From contig OZ025785.1 of NCBI GenBank assembly GCA_964019425.1, positions 186,001 through 250,000 on the forward strand: a stretch of DNA of 64,000 nucleotides, in the 5' to 3' direction. Under the pieces are notes generated by a model. That model was not told the origin of the DNA, made no database searches, and saw only the letters and a list, made by a program, of their open reading frames with translations. Within the stretch, counting starts at the first letter, position 1. Each line of letters begins with the position of its first letter. Of the stretch, positions 56,577 to 64,000 are shown piece after piece. This DNA is from Flectonema sp. DT1601 (taxonomy: Eukaryota). The translations under genes were made by a program, and so were the position numbers.

Positions 56577-56976
56577 ATTTATTATTTAAAAAAAGGAAAC
56601 AATCAGTTTAGCGTCTCGATCGGGACGGAAAATAGAAATTAATCGACATAGTCGATCGATAGAAAAAAAAACAATGATAACATTGTTTATTCATTTTTTT
56701 TTTTTTTTTTTTTTTTTAAATCCTTTTAATTATTTTAAAGAAAAAACAATCAGTTTAGCGTCTTGACCAGGACGGAAAATAGAAAGTGATCGACATAGTC
56801 GATCGATAAAAAAACAATGATAACATTGTTTATTCTTTTTTTTTTTTTTTTTTAAATTCTTATTATTTATTTTTTAAAGAAAAAAAAACGGAAAATAAAA
56901 ATTAGTCGACAAAGTCGAACGATAAAAAAAAAAAAAAACAATGATAACATTGTTTATTCTTTTTTTTTTTTTATAT

Positions 56977-58237
56977 GAGAGGATGCCAAAAGTAGGGTAC
57001 CATTTTGTACCACGGGTAACTGCCGGCCTCTAAATCTTGGTCTGAGCACTTTTTTGGCCCACTCTGTATATTAGAAAACTCAATTCCGGGTCTGGGATAC
57101 AACTTTACTTGTCACCAGTTCAAAAATTCTGCAATTTTTAGGGGAAATTGACTGTATTACTGTGTTATGCAGTACACACACGGGGGGCAGGCGAAGCTAA
57201 GAGGACTGATGGACTGATATTGATCATTCGTGTGCATTCTGCACCTACACTAACTTACTAATAATGTTGTACACACTTATGTTTTTTAAGGGGTTACACT
57301 GCTACTTGAATCAGAGCTTTCGGGTTCAGAACGACGGTCTGGACAATTTCGGAGATCATGAGTAAGAGAGCTGCACTGGCTGCATTGGCGCTTCTTTCTA
57401 ACAGGCTTCTCGGGGGCACTTTTCCGTTTGCAGGCTCGTTGTTGGATGGTGTGCTCCCTGTCAACCTTTCAAAAAAGGCTTCTTTTCTTGCTCGTTTATT
57501 CTTCAGGGAATCGATATGCTGACTGTGCTCTATCTCTGCAAACTTGTTGTTGTCCGCGGTTGTGTCAAGGGGTGTAGATCCAATAGTGCTCTTCTCAGCT
57601 CTAGTAAGGGGAAGCTTATCTGATATTTTGGGCTTGTGGTTCAGTAGCAAAGTAGCCTTACCTCCGTCAAGTGCAAATTGCGGGTTTTCGTCAGAGAAAG
57701 CTGTGATATATATCTGACCTGAAGTATCCTTTCGGTAGGTGGGGATGCTGGTTACGGCCGGGATGCGGAGGTTCTGCACACTCACTTCTTGCTCTTCAAA
57801 GAAGAGGAATACAAGTGTTGTGTCGCTGAGCGTTCGGAGTACGCCTGCCACCTCGGTGAGGGTACGCACCGGTGCCCACTCTCGATGAGGTCTGGATGAC
57901 ATTTGATATGCTGCCGAAATGCCTGTCACAGTGGCTCTCGTTCTAGAGTATCCTTAATTGTCATTGTTATTTGTGAAGCTGTGATTCAAGCGAGTGACAC
58001 TCTCCTACTACTACCTTACAAATTGGTCTCAACTGTGCACAAGCATCTTACAGTGTAATACAGTCAATTTCCCCTAAAAATTGCAGAATTTTTGAACTGG
58101 TGACAAGTAAAGTTGTATCCCAGACCCGGAATTGAGTTTTCTAATATACAGAGTGGGCCAAAAAAGTGCTCAGACCAAGATTTAGAGGCCAGCAGTTACC
58201 CGTGGTACAAAATAGGCCCTACTTTTGGCACGTCCTC
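56977..58237. mobile_element. Non-autonomous Sola-like DNA transposon, 1261 bp, about 185-bp TIRs, ATAT target duplication
   Basis: Long near-perfect inverted repeats (56977-57160 / 58055-58237), GAG...CTC termini, ATAT on both flanks. Confidence 0.85.
57294..57929 (-). pseudogene. Internal ORF of the TIR element, possibly a transposase C-terminal remnant
   Basis: 211-codon open frame inside the TIRs; no catalytic motif recognised. Confidence 0.35.
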
Positions 58238-58907
58238 ATATTCTTTTTTTATTAATTTTGAAAAAAAAAAAAACAATCAGTTTAGCGTCTTGACCAGGAC
58301 GGAAAATAGAAAGTAATCGACATAGTCGATCGATAAAAAAACAATGATAACATTGTTTAATCTTTTTTTTTTTAATTTTTTTTTTATTTATTTTTTAAAG
58401 AAAAAAAAAACGGAAAATAGAAATTAGTCGACAAAGTCGAACGATAAAAAAAACAATGATAACATTGTTTATTCTTTTTTTTTTTATTTTTTTTATATTT
58501 TTTTTTTTTAATTAATTTTGAAAAAAAAAAACAATCAGTTTAGCGTCTTGACCAGGACGGAAAATAGAAAGCGATCGACATAGTCGATCGATAAGAAAAC
58601 AATGATAACATTGTTTATTCTTTTTATTATTTTAAATTCTTTTTATTTATTTTTTAAAGAAAAAAAACGGAAAATAGAAATTAGTCGACAAAGTCGAACG
58701 ATAAAAAAAACAATGATAACATTGTTTATTCTTTTTTTTTATTTTAAATTCTTTTTATTTATTTTTTAACAGGAGTTAAGATCACTTACATGAGTTAACA
58801 CAACACAGATACGAGAGTCGCAAACTGAGGTAACACTACCAATTCAACAAAAAATAATCAGGATCGGACACAAGGAGGAGAGTTCATTCTACCTCTCATT
58901 GTCCTTG

Positions 58908-59008
58908 CTGGTATCTTAAGTGTCTTGGTATCTCTTGTGTGTCGGTATCTCGGAAGTGCTGGTATCTCGTTTGTGCGTTGGTATCTCTTGCGTGTTGGTA
59001 TCTCTTGC
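58908..59008. repeat. Short tandem repeat, six GGTATCT(C/T) units at 16-20-bp spacing
   Basis: Read directly from the sequence. Confidence 0.85.
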
Positions 59009-59288
59009 ACATAAAAAAAAAAAATATTGAGTTAACATGATCAGTATTATTTAACATTAAAGACAGACCGGAACTATTTGAAAATAAAATGTAGATGGGA
59101 AACAGTGAAAATTAAAATGAATGATAAAATTAAATGAGATTTATGACATAACAGACCAGATAGAGAGTAATAAAGGGAAAAGGAAAACGGGAAGGGTTCA
59201 TTCACTTAGTTAAAGTTAAGACCGATTAGTCAGTTTAAGGTCTTGACTAGGACCAACAAAAAAAAAAAAAATAAATAAATAAATAAAT

Positions 59289-59478
59289 AACGATCAAGCT
59301 GAGCTGATCTTGTTTTTATTAAAATAAGGGGAGCGGGAGGGATGGGAGGAATAAAGGAAAAAAAAAGAAAAGGTCGATCAATTGGGTCTGATCGTCGAGA
59401 AGAAGAAGACAATTATTTTAAAGGTCGATCGGCATAGCCGATCGTTGAGAAAAAATAACCAGATATAAATACAATCAG

Positions 59479-59510
<32 letters not shown>

Positions 59511-59701
59511 TTAACGATCAAGCTGAGCTGATCTTGTTTTTATTAAAATAAGGGGAGAGGGAGGGATGGAAGGAATAAAGGAAAAAAAAAAAAAGGTCGA
59601 TCAATTGGATCTGATCGTCGAGAAGAAGAAAACAATTATTTTAAAAAAATGATCGGTATAGCCGATCGTTGAGAAAAGAACAGATATAAATACAATCGGT
59701 T
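59289..59701. repeat. Two copies of a CGATC-rich unit, 224-bp period
   Basis: AACGATCAAGCTGAGCTGATCTTG at 59289 and 59513. Confidence 0.9.
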
Positions 59702-60422
59702 TTGGTGATCGACGAGTGGAGCGATCACTTGACAAGAAGGAAAAAAGAAAGGACCGATTAATTGGGGCTTTGGTTGTATTCCCAAGGCATGTTTTTTTTT
59801 TTTTTTATTATTCATTTACATTATTTTTTTTTTTTTTTTTAAATTAATAATCACATTTTGTTCAAAAATATTTCATATTAGAGTAAAAGAAAAAGAAAAA
59901 AAAAGAGATAAGAGAAAAAAAAAAAAAAAAAAACCATTGCTGGCCCCCTCACCACTCATAGAGGATGAGGAGGCCAGTAAGGCGTCACTCAAAAACTATG
60001 CCAAGCCTTGGGAACTTGGATTGGGGTTTAGACCATTTATAATTAACAATTAACAATTAACCTGATTAACGTTATGATCTGACGGACATAAACATATCGA
60101 TAAAATAATACAAACAAAAACGAACAATAAATAATAAATAAGCTAAAAAACTAAATAAACAAAGTGATGTGAAAGTAAGGAAAAAGAGAATTACAAGGGG
60201 GTGGAGTCACCGTGAACGTCATCAGCAGAACATCTCCTTCGATTGTAACGATATCTTGATGGAGGGGTTCGTTTTTTCAGAGTTGAACGCTCAGACTTTC
60301 TCGGCGGAGTTTCATTTTCCTCATGTTCTTCTGTGTCTGGCGGACTCAAACCTTCTGCCCATGAAGCTAATTGGAACTTCAGGGCCGCAATTTGAGACCG
60401 TGCCAAGGCGAGTTGAGCATTT

Positions 60423-60488
60423 AAAGAGATTAGCTATATCGCTACTTGCGTTGCCGCCCATGGGAATGCCAACTACTTGTCTCCATAG
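60423..60488 (-). pseudogene. Isolated Penelope-like RT motif B' fragment
   Basis: Hand translation LWRQVVGIPMGGNASSDIANLF. Confidence 0.8.
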
Positions 60489-60759
60489 GTTTAAGCTGAC
60501 AGACTGAAGAACCTGTCAACCAAGAAAGTTCTCTACTTTTCTTTGAACTAAATATTGAAACTAAAATTACACTTGTTCAGTTCACTTCTGCTTCTTTTTG
60601 GTGTCAAATGAGAGTTCCGTGTCTTGTTTCTGTTCATTTTTTTTCTTTTTTTGCAGCTTCTCCAGGTTTGTGAACGAATAAGCAGTCTAAATCTTGCTAA
60701 ACCCTGTAAGAGGTGTGCTGGGCCAGCCCATAACAGTGGTGGCCTCATTCTGCGACTTA

Positions 60760-62441
60760 TTACTGCCTTTTTCTGTTTTTCGGAACCTTGAAATTCGCAT
60801 TTTCAAGTGGGAGAACATAGATCATGGTATAAGAGGCAATTGTGAATTTCTGCTTTGTGATACATGAAACCAAGCCTTTAATATCTGCGTGGTCGAACTT
60901 CAAGGGACTGTGTGATTTGTCAGCAACTGTTGTTTGTAGCATATTGAGAACGATCTTCTTATTATTCTTATTCTTAGCTAGGAAGAAGAAATCCAACCCA
61001 TGAAAATTGGACTTATTAGGCTGGTAAAGCACCCCGAGTTCAAGATTACAACTACTGCTGAATGTCTCATAGCCCAGCCTTTTGAGTTTGATGGTCTTTT
61101 TGGTTCCCACTGTAAGTTCGCGTCCTTCGGCAAAATATCTCTTGAACTTCAGTTCAAAGATGCATCCCAAGTAGCCCTTATTCTCAATCCTCTCGATAAA
61201 AGTTTGTTCTCCTAATCTTTTCGATTGCTTGCGGCAGTGCAGCATCGATCAAAAACAGACTTACTGATGAATCCTTGAGGGTGGCCACTCTCATCGAGGT
61301 CTACTAATCCATCCACAAACATAGTAGTTGTCTTCGGGGTCACTCCGGTCATTACGTTGTTTATGAAATCAACAGTCACGCTGCGAAGTGCTTCGTCGAT
61401 CATTCCTTCAGAATATATAGGGTTGCAAATCAGTAGTCGCAACACACCTCCATAGGTTTCGAAGCGTTTTTCCAGCTCGTTGTCGTTCGATAACACCTTA
61501 CATTTTACAAGAAACTTAGCTTCTTCGAAGGTCCACAGCACAAGGCAAGTCATTGGTGGGGAAACCTTATAGATTTCACTTCCAGTCTGAAATCGCCCAG
61601 GTGAACCTGTCAGGATGAGGGCTTCCATCCCATATAAAGACTTGTCGATCGACTTCAGTTCTTTGGGTGCCTCTAACAGCCCAAGTCCTTTTTTCTTTTG
61701 ACCTTCATCAAGGATAGTCTCGTATTTTGCCCGAGTGACACCGAATTCACCGTCCTTCACCTGGGTGATTGTATAGACCCAGTTAGCATTCGAGAAATAC
61801 ACCACATCAAACTTCTTCAGCCAATCATCTTTCCTATTCACCCACAACCACAACAGGTAGAAACGAAAGGTTGTCTTCCCAATACCAGGTGTACCCCCCA
61901 CACGGTGGACACGTTTAGTTTTGGATTGCGTTAAAAGATCACTGTCTTTTTCTGATATGTACTTCAGTGTTGTCTTGTAGCAGTCACGCTCCGCAATTAG
62001 TTCCGCTTCATCATAATGCTCAGTGATTCCCTTATCCTTGAGCTTCCTTCTCAGATCGATGACGCCGTCTTTGTTCTTCTTGGCATCCTTCATAGCTCCC
62101 AACAGCTTCTTCATCTTCTTGCAGGCTTTCACTGTGACTTCATCGTTTGTGGGCGTTGATGATCTGGGGTTTGTCAAGTGGTTGAGCCTTTCTTGCGCTT
62201 TCTTTATTTCGATTTTCTTACTGTTGAGTACAGTTTCCTGCCTTCGAATCTCAGCTCTCAACCTCTTTTTCTTCCCCTCCTGGTCTGATTCAGGTTTAGA
62301 TCTCGTGTTGGAAGTGTCAGTGCTACTGCTGGAGCGTCGCTTGCTTTTTGTTTTCTTCTCCACCGTCACTTCAACTTCCGCCTCAGGGTCACTACTGTCT
62401 ACTGGGTTCACCTTCTTCCTGCTGTAATTCTTTCCCGGCAT
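60760..62441 (-). CDS. Crinkler/RHS family 2 gene: NTPase (61212-62441) and restriction-like nuclease (60760-61245) in different frames
   Basis: GTPGIGKT, ILTGSP, LWTFEE, YGGVLR (RHS/CR-NTPase); GCIFE, LYQPNKSNFHGLDFF, LQTTV (CR-REase); -1 frame change near 61218. Confidence 0.75.
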
Positions 62442-62642
62442 AGTTCTGTTTCCTGTGCTGGAGAAAACATTTCAATGAAAAAGTAACATAAGCAGGGGGG
62501 GACTTGGATAAATAAATCAAGGTTAACGGGGGGTTGAATGTTTGAATTTGTAAAATACAACTGTTTTGTATTGCGTAACATAGCGATGGTTTAACATCTG
62601 TTAAGGATACAGTGACTATGGTGATGCTTAACTTAGCCTTTT

Positions 62643-62780
62643 AAAGTAACTATTAGGTTTCGAGAGTAATCCATATACCTCTTACCTCTATTCTCTCATC
62701 ATCAGTATGTTTTAGAAGTAAGTCAATCAATTATTTAGACTGAAGCACTCCAGTTTGCAGGACTGGAGTGTAGTTACTTT
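62643..62780 (-). ncRNA. Predicted rearranged hammerhead ribozyme, family A diverged copy
   Basis: Same architecture, with a compensatory change in the 5' hairpin (CACTCCAGT/ACTGGAGTG versus CATTCCAGT/ACTGGAATG); an extra T after CTGATGA may inactivate it. Confidence 0.6.
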
Positions 62781-62884
62781 TGTTTCTTTTATTAAAATAT
62801 AAAAAAACTTTATATCATTATTACTAGTTCGTAGCGCACTACTAGTGGAGCACTCTTCTACAATAAATGTAGAAAGTGTGATAA

Positions 62885-63760
62885 CTAATTGTCAAAGTCT
62901 GATTCATCTTCGAAGTCGTGAAGCTCTGGTGTTGATGAGCGTTGCGGGCTGTTCGTCTTGTCCGTCTCGCTTTTTTGTTCCAGCGTGGCTTCATCGTCCT
63001 GTTTGTTTCTCTTTTTCTGATTACATTTTCTGAGAAGTGGCCTTAAAGGACTTTGTGAGTTCAGCCTCTTAATAATCTTCGACTTCTGTTTACTTTTGAT
63101 CGTTGTAGTCATCCATTCCTTGACTTCTTCTAAAGTTATCTTTTGTAATGTTTTCGTTTCAATTTTATCTTCTTCCTTGTTTCTCTTGCCTTTGTTCAGA
63201 TATTTATTGAATTGAATTATTTGTATCGGACTTTGAGAATTTAATCTTTTGTTTTTAACTTTCGTCGGCGTTTCCTCTACAGACGGATTTTTGACATGAA
63301 CCGTTTGTGTTATTAACTTGCCGCTTTTCTTGATAGATCGCATATTGGTTGTCTCTCTGTCCTTGATTACCGAGATAACTTTATTATTCTCATTAATCTT
63401 TTCATTTGTAACTTCATATCTCGTCTTATCATCTTCATCTATATAAGTCGGATAGTCCTTTGAAGCTTTGAACAATGAACATTTGGTTAAATGATGAATA
63501 ATCGATTTTTTAGTCTTCCCACAGTATCGATATATTCTCTTGATGATATCTGTGTCTACATATGTCGGTTCTATAGATCCTTGTGGCGGTGTGATAGGTG
63601 GCGTAATGCATGAGTTCTTGTTCTTCTTTGATGTCTCATCCGTATTGCCATTATCAGATGTGTTGGCGCAGGTATCATTTTTCGTAGTGGTTTTAATCGC
63701 ATTGATTATTTGATCTGTCGTCGGTTTCTGTGTTTTAGAAGTGTCAGTAATCTTGATCAT
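62885..63760 (-). CDS. K/T-rich low-complexity ORF of unknown function, probably the decayed end of a longer ORF
   Basis: 291 aa with KRLNSQSP twice; the upstream sequence looks coding but is frameshifted. Confidence 0.35.
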   Translation of the reverse strand: MIKITDTSKTQKPTTDQIINAIKTTTKNDTCANTSDNGNTDETSKKNKNSCITPPITPPQGSIEPTYVDTDIIKRIYRYCGKTKKSIIHHLTKCSLFKASKDYPTYIDEDDKTRYEVTNEKINENNKVISVIKDRETTNMRSIKKSGKLITQTVHVKNPSVEETPTKVKNKRLNSQSPIQIIQFNKYLNKGKRNKEEDKIETKTLQKITLEEVKEWMTTTIKSKQKSKIIKRLNSQSPLRPLLRKCNQKKRNKQDDEATLEQKSETDKTNSPQRSSTPELHDFEDESDFDN

Positions 63761-64000
63761 CTTTTTATCATTCTTGCCTTTTTTAACTTTCTTACGAGAG
63801 ATCTTCTTGATTTTCTTGCTGCGTTTCGTATTGCCGAGATCCGCTCATCCAGTATCGTTATTGTATTGGCTCTTGTTACCGTGTGCATAGCTTCCTCTTT
63901 GTACATACGTGTAATTGTTACAGGTGTGGTAGCATTAGTTGCAACTATTACAGGTGTTGTTGTTCTAAGTGGAGTGAGATAGTATGTTGTAACTATCTTA

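Larger units (their letters stand above)
56597..58740. repeat. Array of palindrome-rich 110-150-bp units (seven copies), interrupted by a TIR element
   Basis: Each unit has AAACAATGATAACATTGTTT and GATCGACATAGTCGATC or GTCGACAAAGTCGA. Confidence 0.9.

Overview
AT-rich eukaryotic (protist-like) DNA with long poly-A/T tracts and almost all genes on the minus strand. That layout would fit polycistronic, euglenozoan-type organisation, but this is an inference and the taxon cannot be fixed from the sequence. 1-11.2 kb holds housekeeping-type genes (Wee1-like kinase-fold protein, RRM protein, WxHD-motif protein, CCDC171-like coiled-coil protein) and a 200-bp tandem array encoding ten C/D snoRNAs with a U34/snR62-type guide. 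11.2-50 kb is a tandem array of six large Crinkler/RHS-like genes (variable helical N-terminus, STAND-type P-loop NTPase, PD-(D/E)XK-like domain). They are separated by a conserved spacer, include a recent 12,146-bp duplication that created a chimeric gene, and carry decayed Josephin-like protease tails. 50-64 kb is a transposon graveyard: DIRS-like RNase H, LINE fragment, Polinton polB fragment, split Penelope-like RT, Sola-like TIR element, and two copies of a second Crinkler/RHS family sharing a -1 frame change. The top observation is five copies, in two unrelated sequence families, of a predicted hammerhead ribozyme with non-circularly permuted topology (cleavage strand nested inside loop II), supported by covariation of stems I, II, III and an extra pseudoknot helix.
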